Positions 25,801-37,629 of a stretch of 64,000 bases of DNA are shown one piece after another (position 1 is the first letter of the stretch; each line of letters begins with the position of its first letter). This stretch comes from Cycas panzhihuaensis (Eukaryota > Plantae > Cycadophyta), in contig CM041465.1 in assembly GCA_023213395.1 (NCBI GenBank), positions 92,263,741-92,327,740 of the forward strand, written 5' to 3'. The position numbers and the translations under genes are program-made. The notes below the pieces were generated by a model. It ran no database searches. It was not told the DNA's origin and saw only the letters and a program-made list of their open reading frames with translations.

Positions 25801-27300
25801 AGGGGGCTCTAAGGCCATGGCACTGAAGTCCTAATCATCATAGGTAAATAGATAGACACAAGCAAGCAAAATATATAAATAGGCAGGCATCTAATAGCCA
25901 AAAAAACACAAGTCATAAGGGTAATATAAGTAATGTGATAGAGGTGGAGATGTGTACCTAAACTTACCTATGTTACCATGTTAATGCCATTCCCGAGAGT
26001 TAGGAAATAGTAACTAACTCCTCCTATGGAGACTTTTCAAATGGGTCCTCAAGGGAGACTTATTCTCCCTACTTAGGGCACTTTATTTAGTCCTTTATCT
26101 TCACATCATCTTATTGTACCTCCACAACTCCAAGGTGTTTCTCCTCCTATTAGAGAGAGTTGCCCCTCATAAGGTAACCCTTTCATTTAGGTTACTCAAT
26201 CTTGTATTCATCCTACTCAGTTGTCTACTACCCAACCATCTTCACTAGTTGATCACTCGCAACCTGTGTACATGTCAAGAGTCATGGATACGAATAGTCC
26301 ACCTCTTATTACTAACCAATAAAGTCACTACGGCTAATCTATTAGTTGTGGGTCATATCCTTCTCATATGCTTCTCACCTTAAGGGGCACCCACATCTTA
26401 CATTCTAACTATACCTCATTCTAGACCTATAGAAGCTCCTCCTCATCGCTCTTATCCTAGGTACCCCACTTATGTCAAGGCAATAAGACATCAAGATCAT
26501 ACCAAGTGATACCTCAACATCCTCATCATTAAGGACCAAGAGGTCATATTTAGACTATAGAAGGAGTCCCTTTTCACAAGAAATACTTCTTTCTCTACTA
26601 CCTTTAATCTTAAGCTACTGAAATTCATAGATGAATTTACCCAAGCTCCAATGGCCTATGTTTATGCCTCCACACTTATATGTACTGACTATTTGCCATA
26701 TGATTATATGATGATGTGACTCTTTCCCAAACCCCTTCAAGGTGATGTCTTCAAGTGGTTTTATTAGTTAAAACCTGTATCTATCTAATTCTTCCAGTAA
26801 TTAGTAGATACTATCATTAATTACTTTAATAGAGTCTGAATCACCTCTAAAGACAAACCTACCTCTTCAATAGAGTCAGAATCACCTCAAAGTGATCATA
26901 TATACAATCACCTTACTTTCATAATTTAATCCCTTAAAAGATCAATCAATATTAAATTATAGGTTGACCCTACTCCTAACCTTGAAGCTAAAAAATAGTA
27001 AAAGTTATTCAATTTGCTAAATAAAAGAAGAGATAAGCCATGAATACTATTTCTCCCAAGAAGGTGCCATGGTGCTCTTACCATCACATAGATACTTAGC
27101 ATCAAAAAGTGTGTAACAAGCATAAGGCTACCCTTCATCATGGTTAATCCAATGAGAAATTTACTTCTAGACCTAATCAAGACCAATTAATTCATAAAGA
27201 TCCATTGCCTAACCATACTAAGAAGGTATCGAAAGACAAGAGTAAGGCCAAAGCCTAATATAATAATGAATCTTTAGACTTTGACTTTGAACCTCCATCT
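22873..27300 (+). pseudogene. gag: Tat gag, interrupted by a ~2.6-kb insertion
   Basis: MDPFYTYLRRSRRLL N-terminus (ORF 22780..23241), Pro/Ser-rich region, M*LFPKPLQGDVFKWFY (~26715-26765). Confidence 0.8.
23399..26012 (-). mobile_element. Probable solo LTR inserted in gag in the opposite orientation
   Basis: Purine skew flips relative to the flanks. Flanked by duplicated gtaactaa (23391-23398 and 26010-26017). Reverse TATA-like ttttatagg ~25251. No coding motifs. End resembles 5585-5635. Confidence 0.6.
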
Positions 27301-27699
27301 AAAAGCTTTCCCCTAAGAGATGCGATCCTAAAAGGGTTAATCCTTAAAACAAACTACTTATAAAGGGGGAAGATCCCAAAAGTCCATTAATATGGTAGAA
27401 GCTTACAATGCCTTTACCTCAACCAAATCCCATTACCTAGATGTCACACCTAATGACAATTTTATGGACTCATCTCTTTAGTTATCCATTAGACTTATTT
27501 GCTTTAAGTCTATACCACAATTTACTAAAGAAGTTTCTTTATCACTTTTAGAGGATCTTAAAACTATTCCTATTGGAATCTCGATCATGGATCTCTTAAA
27601 AAGTTGCCCTAATTAAAGGCAACTCCTTTTGGATACCATATGTATCCCTAGACCTAATTACCCTAGAAACCCTAGCTTAGTCTTTGACCCTATTATGTT

Positions 27700-30600
27700 G
27701 CCTACTGAAAGGAATAAAATCATAGTGAGACTACTCTTTTCTATATTTAAATAATGAAAGATGATATTAAGATTAAAATGTACATAGTAGATAAAAGCTT
27801 TTTTATTACCATCATCCCCTTATGCCTCCTATTGATTGGGTTTGTCAAGGCTATGATAAGAATAAAAAAACCCTAATTAGCCAAGTCACTCTCCTTCTTA
27901 CTTTAATAGGCAAGACTATTATGGTTAAAGTCATCATCATTAACTTTGATCTTGAGTTCAACATACTTTTAGGCTGACCTTAGATCAGTTAAATGTTGAT
28001 AATTTATTCTTCACTATTTGCTGAACTCAGGTTTGTTCATGAAGGTGAGCTTAAGATATCAAATGTAAGAACAAGCCTATTTAGAAATCTATCCTATTAG
28101 TTGAAACTATCCAAGAGGAGTCCTTATCCTTTTTGTCTCTTTAGGATTTGGTCAACCTAGTCATGGGGAAGTTAAATAAATCCATATGATTACCACTACC
28201 TTCATGGAGGATGGATCTCCTCCTAATCATTTGGAAACCTTTCCATATAAAAATTTAATTCAAACTCCATCTTTGATTCCTGACTCCCTTAGTCACATTG
28301 TATCCCAATCAAGCATGTAATCCTAATTGGATCTCCTAACATAACTTGATTAGAGTTTTCCTATCTAAATAGTCCCTTCATAAATGATATCTACCCTTGT
28401 TAATGTTATTCCCTTCACATTATTTTCTTCATCACCATAATTAACCTCCTTAAGTTAGCTCCCTCATGCTCATCCTTGTGATCTCCACTCACTCCCTAAG
28501 AGCATCATTTACCTAGATCATTTTGAGAGTGATGAGGTTATTCTCAACCATTTAATAGGATCTCCTCTTAATCTTCCACCTAATCATCATAAGCTTGGTG
28601 CATCCAGCCTGACTCACCTTCATCAACCTATGACCATCAAGTCATTTCTTTGTCATTACAACTTAATCTAGCCCTTCCTTGCTTTAAAGAGAAAAATATT
28701 ATAATAGTCAAAGACATAATTGAAGTTAGCCTAGAAACTTAGGAGGAGAATAAGGTAATGAAGGTTGGCACTAGTTGTTTCCCTTTAGAAGTTGAATAGT
28801 TAGGTGACCTTTTCATCAATCTTTTCTCTATTTTTACCTAAGATTACTCAAATATAAAGGGCTTTTATTCAGGTATTATGGTTCATAACATCACTGCAAT
28901 CCCTGGGGCCAAACCCAAATATAAAAGATGGAGGCCCATTCATCCCTAATTTTTTATTCACATTAAATAAGAGATGGAAAAACTTCTAAAGGCTGGATTC
29001 ATCTAGTTAATTAATTATTCTCAATGGGTATCCAACATTATTCTCATAGCCTAAAAAAATGGTTATCTTCAAATTTGCATTGTTTTCTAAGAAGTAAATG
29101 ACTCTTGCCCTAAGGATAACTTTCCATTACCTTTCATTGATCAAATTTGGGATCAAATAACTAGTTTTGAAGTAATATCCCTAATGGACAATTCTTAGTG
29201 TATAATTAGATCCTCATTTCTCCTAAAGGCTACCATAAGAATGCTTTCATCACACCATGAGGCACATATAAGGTTATGCAATTTGGCCTAAAAAATATTA
29301 GTGTAACCTATCAATTGGCCATGGCTTTTATTTTTCATGACCTTTTATGGAGCATTGTAGTAGTATATCTTGATGATATATTGAGCCTATCACATCATCA
29401 AGAATATCATACCCATGACCTTTGAACTATCTTTGAATGATATAAACAACATCAACTTTGCTTCAATCCTAACAAGTGTGTCTTTGTAGTAACTTATAGA
29501 AAGATGATTGACAACATCATATCCAAAGATGGTATTAAAGTTGGTCCTAATAAAGTGGCAACTATTATTGAAATGGGCCCATCTCACAACAAAAAATAAG
29601 TTAAATCCTTTTTAGGGAGGCTTGGCTTTCAATGTGAGTTTCTTGTTGATTTTGCTCTTAATGCCAAACCCCTAACCAAATTTCTCAAGAAAGGTGCTTC
29701 TATTGAATGGACCCCAACTATCCAAGAATCCTTTGATAAACTCAAATAAGCCTTAATCTTAGTTCCCACACTTGCCCCACCATGCTTTAGCAAACCATTC
29801 ATTTTATATACTTCTTCTATAGAGGAATCTCTTGGTGTTATATTGGCACAAGAAGATGAGTTTACAAGAGAGTGAGCTATTTACTTTATTCATCACTTTG
29901 ATTCCTATAGAGCTTTACTAGTCTCCATTTGAAAATGAGTATTTGGCTTTAGTTTATGCCACCAAAAAGCTATGACATTACCTATTAGATAACACTACCC
30001 TAATGATCATACAATATGATCTAATCTATCTTCTCCTCACTAAGATTAACCCAAATGGATAAGTTGGTGGATGGGGCTTACTATTACTAGAGTTTAACTT
30101 GCAGATGGTCAATCATAAGTCAAAAAAAGAAACGGTCATTACTAAGCAACTTGTTGCAGTACCACTTCCTAACCATGATTCCATTAGTATTAATGGCTTA
30201 TTCCCAAATAAACTCATCCTTCAAATTGACAATATTCCTATTGACCTATGCTTTTATAAAGATATTTAAGTTGGCCTCTTAGAGCAAACATACCCTCTTA
30301 ATGATGATTCTAAGAAGAGAAGAATGGTAAGGGCCTTTACTCATTAATACCTCCTCTTAGATGATGTATTATATAAATGTTCTTTTAACAAGGTTTTGTT
30401 ACATTGTCTTTCACCTTTTAAAGCTTAAGTTGCCTTGCTTGAGTGCCATGATGGCATTTATGGTGACTACTTTAGGGGTTAATCCACAACATTATGTATT
30501 CTTAGAATGGGGTATTACTAGCTAACCTTATTTAAAGATACACATTTACATGTGCAAAAGTGTAAAAAATTCCAAGCACACTTAGCTTTAATTCATCAAC

Positions 30601-31495
30601 TAATTATCTTAATTAGATTAATCCTTATCCTATGGCTCTTTTCTAAATGGGGCCTTAGCCTGATTAGATAAATTTATCCCCCATCTTCTACAAGCCATAA
30701 GCTCATCTTAACCACAATCAAATACTTCATAAAATGGAGTGAGGTAGTCCTCTTAATTATCATAATTAGGAAGGTGATTACCACTTTTATCTTCCAACAA
30801 ATTATTTATAGATTTGGTATCTCGAATGCTATTATTATAGATAATAGAACTTAGTTTGTAACTCTATTATTGATGAGATTTGTGATAACTTTCACATTAC
30901 ACATAGGACATCATCCCCTTATCACCTATAGGCAAATGGTTAAATTAAAGTCTTTAACAAAATTTTGGCAAAGATCTTGGCCAAAATAGTTGTTGACTCA
31001 AAGCAAGATTAGCACACTCAACTTTTTTCTATATTATGGGCTTCTTACACCTCCATCAAAACTACAATTAGGATGACCCCATTCTTAGTAATATATGGGA
31101 CTAAAGTTATGCTCCCTTTAGAAATAGAGATCCCTTCACTTAGGATCTCACTTAAACATTTCACTAATAAGGAATGGCTAAGACAAGCAAGGTTATTGAA
31201 ACTCAAAAAGATGGATGAGACCTACCTTGAAGCCTATCAAAAGAACCTAACCTTAAAAAATTGAGCTTAAGCAACTCATGATTATCATTTAAGACCAAGG
31301 AAGTTTCATGTAGTAGGTGACGTCTTTAAGCTCAAATATTTACATGAAAAATAATGAAAATTTGACTCTAAATAGTCAAGTCTTTATCTGGTTATTAAAG
31401 ACTTAAACAATGGGGCCTATCATCTCTCTACTCTTAATAGACTTGAATTTTAAAAGCCAATTAATTCTTAGTTTCTAAGAAAGTACTATGCTTAG
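27700..31495 (+). pseudogene. pol: Tat pol: protease, RT, RNase H, integrase
   Basis: DLEFNILLG*P*I (~27950), CPKDNFPLPFIDQI (~29110), VVYLDDIL (~29360), PFILYT...LGVILAQE (~29800), ECHDG (~30440), RFGI...IIIDN (~30810), HRTSSPYH..ANG (~30900), TPFLVIYGT..MLPLEIEIPSLR (ORF 31073..31264). Confidence 0.93.
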
Positions 31496-32862
31496 TCAAC
31501 TTAAGAAATGTTCCACAATGAGCCTAAACTACATCTCTGAGAAAATCTACCTACTAATGAGTCTAAACTTTAGTAGGTCACACACTTCCATTCACTTAAG
31601 ACTCATGCTTAGGGGACACCACTCTGAAAATGAGTATAAACTAAATGTATATGTATCATTATCTAAACAATAAACAAATATTACAAAATCTCAAAACAAC
31701 AAAAATATACTTACTTCTTTTCCTTTTTTCTACTTAGCTTAAGCCTTTTAAGATTTTACTTCCCCCTAGCTTGGCTCAATATGATGGTCTTTAGTTATCA
31801 ACATAGTTAGTCAACTTCTCCATTTGATATTCCATTATACCTAAGTAACTCCTTTTACTTCAAAATAAGCTAGATATATCTATAATGCTATTATTTTTTC
31901 TTATTTCCTTTAGTTAGTAGATAATTCTTCTTACACTTTCAACAATCAAAAGATCTTTTAACTTTTAGTCAGTTGATCAGTCAATCATTCAATAGTCTCC
32001 CTTTTATAGCCTATAAGTTATCTTCTAGTAAGTGGAATTTTAGTTATACAAGTGACCTTAGCCTATCCTTCTCCCACATGGTGCAGTGGGTACTTCTAAA
32101 GCAAGCCTTATTGGTAGCACCCCTCTTACTCCTTGGTAGTTAGTTCTTTAAGGCCTTCCCTTCTAATCCTCAGAGACACTTTGATTGAACATCCTATAAA
32201 TACCCATGGCTCATCTCTTAAATGTATGAAGTTAGTCTATTTGTCACATATACCCTCTTGGATCTTAATACCCCATGGTTTGACTAATCACAACTATACT
32301 CTCTAAAGTTATTAGTCATCCCCATCCATTATGCCCCGATGAAGATCATATGATAATCGCAGTCACTTGTCCCTTATTAGGCATGAGGGTAAATGAGATT
32401 GCTCATCCAAAAAGTAAGTTTAATGATACCAGGTTCACCATGACCCTTGTCTAAACTATCATACGGAGTGACATCCTCCAAAAAAAAAATGAAGTAGAAA
32501 AAAAATCCTATACATAAATATTAACATCATCTTAGCATCTAGGGTAAGTCACATGTCAAATTGGTCCCCACCTGCAACATGCTATTTCGATCTAATTGTA
32601 TGGGTCATTTAGAAGCTTTAGATCTAATTACTTAGGCCCACCATGACCTCAATTGTAATTGAAACTTACTTGGCATTCAGGAGGTTTTACATTAGCATTG
32701 GAAAAGGTAGTTGTAGTGATGAAACCAAACCATGGGGACTTCATCTTTCATAATTATACACTTGAAGTCAAGTCATTTACATTTGGTCATACCCTTAATA
32801 ATTGATTTATGTACCTTCCCCCTATTCATTAGCATGTCTCTAAGTTTTTGCTCTTTTCCAAT

Positions 32863-33267
32863 ATGGCTTTGAACATCTATATTGATGGTAGGAGCTAAGG
32901 GAACCTAGGAGTTTCTGCTACATCATGGGTCACCTATCACCACAAGGAGTTTATCCTCACTGGTTTCAGTTTCTTCATGCCATAATTAACTAACAATATA
33001 GTAGAATATTTAGCCATTATTGGAGCTCTTACTAATGTTCTTGACTTTTATGATGGGCCTATTAATCTATTTTCATATTCTCAAATTGTTCTATACTAAC
33101 TCACTTATGTTTATCAAACTCACTTGAGTTACTTATATTATTTATTGAGTATTGTCACTTCTCTACTAGCATACTTCACATGTGTTATTATTCAACATAG
33201 CCTGAGAACCCAAAATGTTAAAGTTGACTCACTTATTTTCCATATAATTGATCACCATCACTTATAG
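32863..33267 (+). pseudogene. Stand-alone archaeal-type RNase HI (aRH) ORF, 134 codons, in-frame stops only
   Basis: MALNIYIDGRS*GNLG...TNNIVEYLAIIGAL...INLFSYSQIVLY*L...F...IIQHSLRTQNVKVDSL matches the aRH pattern DG.SRGNPG / TNN.AEY / DS.LV..Q / H..R..N..AD.L. Confidence 0.9.
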
Positions 33268-33849
33268 CCTAGTCATGATAAGTTAGTGGCATCTATTACT
33301 TTGCATTCAAGTTAAAATGATCTACCTTTTCCTTAAGACTTGCACTTGGGGGGTGCTCCCTCTCTATAATGAGTATAAATTATGATTTTGAAAAGTAGTC
33401 TATTAAAGAGTCTAAATTATAGTAGTCATATCCACTCCTAGCAAAGGATCCCTCACTTTGAAATGAGCATAAATTAATATAAATACTTTCATTTTAAATG
33501 ACCATAAAAAGCACAAAAGAATAAAAACATTTAAATATCCCTAAAGCTCAAAAGATAGAAGAAATATGCATACACTACTATTATCCATCCATATAGGGTA
33601 TAACAATGACCAAACTTAAAAAAAAAAAACATACATGCATATATTTTCCATCCATATATATATATTCCCCAATGATTCTAGTTATGTTAGGGGGCATTAA
33701 AGGGGGGAACCCAAAAAGGGTTAGAGCCAATAAAACATAATATTAATTTGTTACCAAATATACATGTCATAATTATATAAATTACATTATACAGAGTTAT
33801 AAATACATCATGATAATAATGCCTCTATAGGCATCCATATATACATCCC

Positions 33850-36040
33850 CCCTAACTCCTCCCCATAGGATGGAATTGCATCCCTACTATAACATATATA
33901 TATCCTCCTCCTCCTCCTAGGAGGGAAGATCTCATATATATCAAGGTTGTTGTGAATTACCCTAACCTCCCTCCATCTATTATCTATGGGTGTAAGATCC
34001 CTCTCCCATATGAGTGGTAATACATATTTGATGGATGCTTTGGCTAGCCAAAGGAGTAACTTATATGTCTGCCTAAAGGATCGACATCTATCATAAATGT
34101 CACCTCTTATTATTTGTAGCCTTAAGTTATGCCTTGATTTCCCTCAACTATACATATTGAGTAGCCAACTATCTTTAGAACTTTATCTCATATACTACCA
34201 TATGGGCCTCTAATGCTTTATACATATTCTAATCCCTAATTCTAGGTGAAAAGTGTGGGGTGTGAGGACTTAAGAACTCTAGATCATTATCCTATCACAC
34301 TAAGGGCTCATTTGGCCCATAACAAAAGGATATGAGGCCATCCAAGGTCTATCTCATAAAAGCCCCATCCAATCTATCTCCTCTTGTATATCCCCAATAT
34401 AAATAAGTTAGTCACCTCTCCATCTAAAGGTAATCACATAAAAATAAAGATTAATCATATAAATCTAAACTAATAAATAAATCAACATACGTACTATCTA
34501 CATCTAAGGCACCTTGTGCCATTATAGGATCTAACCTTGGCCCCACAATTTCACCAAGTTGTTATAATGTTATAATAGCCACTACATCACCCCTATCACC
34601 TCCTCTATCATCCTTATGAGCCATAGGCAACCCACCAACTCTACCACCTCCCTCAAGAGATCCCTATACCTCTTAACTACCATCATCACCATCCCCATAG
34701 ACACTCTCTTCTTTACCTCCTTCTAGTAGAGGGGGTGGTAATCTAGGAACTATATCTATAGTAATGTCTACCTTATCATTAGACCATAGGGGAATCCCCT
34801 TATATGGACTAGAAACCTACTAGTTATAAGTCATCCTATCTAATCTTGAGCTATCTAAGGTGTGTGATCTATTCTCTCTATGAACTTGAGCTCTTATATG
34901 TCATTGGTTTGTCACCAAATCTATCATTGTCAACTCACTTGGTACCCTTGCTAGTCGAGTCAATGGAATATGATTATATAAATAGCATAATAGCATCAAT
35001 GTATAAGAGTATCCACCCTCTCTATTATAATGAATATGAGACAACTAGTGGTGCATGCTATCAAGAATATATTATACACAGTTATACCTTATCCTAAGCT
35101 CACAATATTACATGCTCATACCCACTAGCCTGGTAGACCTATGAAGTTCTAACTCGTTACAATCTAGAATAAAATAATTAGTCTAATAACCTTATAGATC
35201 ATGGGCATATCTATGGCATATCTAAAAGTTGTAATGCTAATTTTATGCCTCCCTATATGCCTAGTCTCTCTAGTTATATACTGGCTTACTGTGGTCTATT
35301 CATCCTCCTTAATGACCCTCAATGGAGCCACATTCCATTCATGCCATGATACTCCAAGGATCCTACCAACCTCTCTCACTCTAAGCCATAAATCTTTTAG
35401 ACCCCCAAAGTAAAACATATTCTCTCTAGGAACCTAATGATTGACCAAATATCAAAGGATATCTATCCCCAATACAAGTTGAATTAATCCACTCACTCGA
35501 CCTAATCCATAATGACGAAGGATATGTTATTCAGCTAGAGTTAGCCTCTCAATCATTGCACCTAATCTAGGACCCTTATTCCCATGAGTATTAATATGAT
35601 TTAACCTATACAGGAACAAACCAAACATGAACATAAGTTAATATTAGTCTTATAAGCAATTCACAAGAAAATTTATTTGTTAACATTTCTTTTTTAATTG
35701 GTTGCATTTTTTAAGCAAAAAATGTGATCTTTATTTTAAAATCATGATTTTCCTTCTAAAATTGTAATCTCTTATTAAAAAACATAAACTTTAATTGACA
35801 AACATGATCTCATTTTCAAAACCTTGACATGTTTAACACTAAAAATATGATCAAATGTTTGGTCATATTTTTCAGGTTAAAGATTATGGTTTGAGTATAA
35901 ACTCATATTTGTTTCATTTATATGCTCACAATTTTCAACTAAAACTCGTGGTTTTGGTAGTATATCTATTAAAAAAAAAACAATATTAGAACTCACCAAA
36001 TACTGCATCTAGTAAGCCATCACCTTGTCCTAAAGCCCAT
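33850..36040 (-). pseudogene. Spliced antisense ORF with plant mobile domain (PMD)-like N-terminus, G/D/E-rich linker and coiled-coil-like C-terminus
   Basis: ATG at 36040. GTGAGT..TATAG intron (35996-35606) joins in frame to RLTLAE*HILRHYGLG...YLVNH*VPRENMFYFGG...LRVREVGRILGV, later RYNCV*YILDSMHH*L. Second AT-rich GTATGT..TTTAG intron at 34490-34424. Confidence 0.65.
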
Positions 36041-36497
36041 AGTCCTTATAATCTTAGAATCTAACAGCTAGACCTCTTAAAAAACTCAAAATTGGGCTCT
36101 GAAAATACTTTATCTCCAACCTCCTTAAGTCTCAAATAAACCTAATTTCATCTTAAAAAGATATATAAGCCCTACCTCACACGCTTTTTAAAAAGCCCCA
36201 ATTCATCACTAAAACACTCCTAAGTAAATTTTTTGGTGATTATTAGTAAATATTGGCATTACACATGGTTCTAGCCAAGCCTTCTAAGTTTTTCTTTGTC
36301 ATCATAATCTCTCACTCATCTTCAAGGAGGGCCCCTTTTTGCTCTAAAATTGACCTTCCTAAAACATAGCCTTGTTTATAGTCCAAAGAATCCATTTTCT
36401 TCCAATATCACATTTTCATAGTCTAGATGGCCTATCTAGACCAAGTTACATTTCTTCCCTCTAAGGTTTAATAATATCACCCAAGAGATATGAGGTG

Positions 36498-36625
36498 GTC
36501 ACTAAAGAGGTAAAACTATAGTGGATATACCTCTAAAATATAACCACTAATGAGATAAAACTATGGTAGGTCCCATCACCTCTTAAAATCAACCACTAAT
36601 AAGGTAAGACTATAGTGAATACATC
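36498..36625 (+). repeat. Three degenerate ~45-49 bp tandem units in the 3' UTR
   Basis: cactaa.gaggtaaaactatagtg-like core at ~36500, 36545 and 36594. Confidence 0.8.
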
Positions 36626-37041
36626 CTTATATATAGATCTTTTATACTTCAGATAACAAACATAAAAGTCAAAAATAAAAAATAAAAAACTCAAAAAATC
36701 AAATATTTCTTTTTAAGCATTTAATCTAGATAGATAGATAAAAGTATGTCATGTCAATATAATCAACCCTATTTGTTCACCTTGTATACTTATATTTCAA
36801 TCATCTCTATCCCCATCAATGTCTAAATAACTTAACAAATATTCTAGGTAGGCTAAGTTCCTAGACAACTTAGTTTTACCAAGGTTAGCAACATTCACCA
36901 TCCTACTTCAACCAATTCATAGAGCTTTAATTGCTGAGGGGCTAATGTTTTAACTAACTATACCTTCTTCTAACATTAACCAAGTCTCATACTTTGTTAT
37001 TTGCTACTAGGATTTAACTATTTGATTGCATGGCAATTTAG

Positions 37042-37572
37042 TTGAGAAAACTAGGTCCCAATAACCAAAAACTACCACTAAGATATAAATTATTATTTAA
37101 CATGCAAGTTCTTAAAACAAAGATAATATAATAAATGAATTAGAAAGATAAAGCATCATGTATACACCCAATATAACATGGTAAAACCCTAGCAGTATGC
37201 TAAGGAAACATCCACATAGAAAAGGTATCGATCTTTAATATCTAAGAATAGAGAAATATACTAATTGGTAGTAGAATACTCACAGTAATAACAACCAGTA
37301 ACCTCTACTCAATATAGTACATCCAATACATCGAATACCATTAGGCTATATGAGAGAGTCATAGAAGGCACAAATCTCAACCATCAAATCTGGGGTATTT
37401 TAAATGAATGATCATGATTCTCTTTACAATTTAGTATTCTTTTCAGTACTAGCTTTTTAGGTTTGGAGCTACTGGCCCTCTTAGATCCCCTTGCAAAAGT
37501 TTAGGGGGGTAATCGCACTGCAAACTTGTCAAAATTTTAGCCTCCAAAACATTGTTGTCATATTATCTAATA
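37042..37572 (-). repeat. 3' LTR of the Tork-like copia
   Basis: Direct repeat of 41620-42208, lacking two short segments present there. Confidence 0.9.
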
Positions 37573-37629
37573 ATCTCTACCTTGATAATAATTTACCTGA
37601 TACCTTTGTTAGACCATTCATCACCTTTT

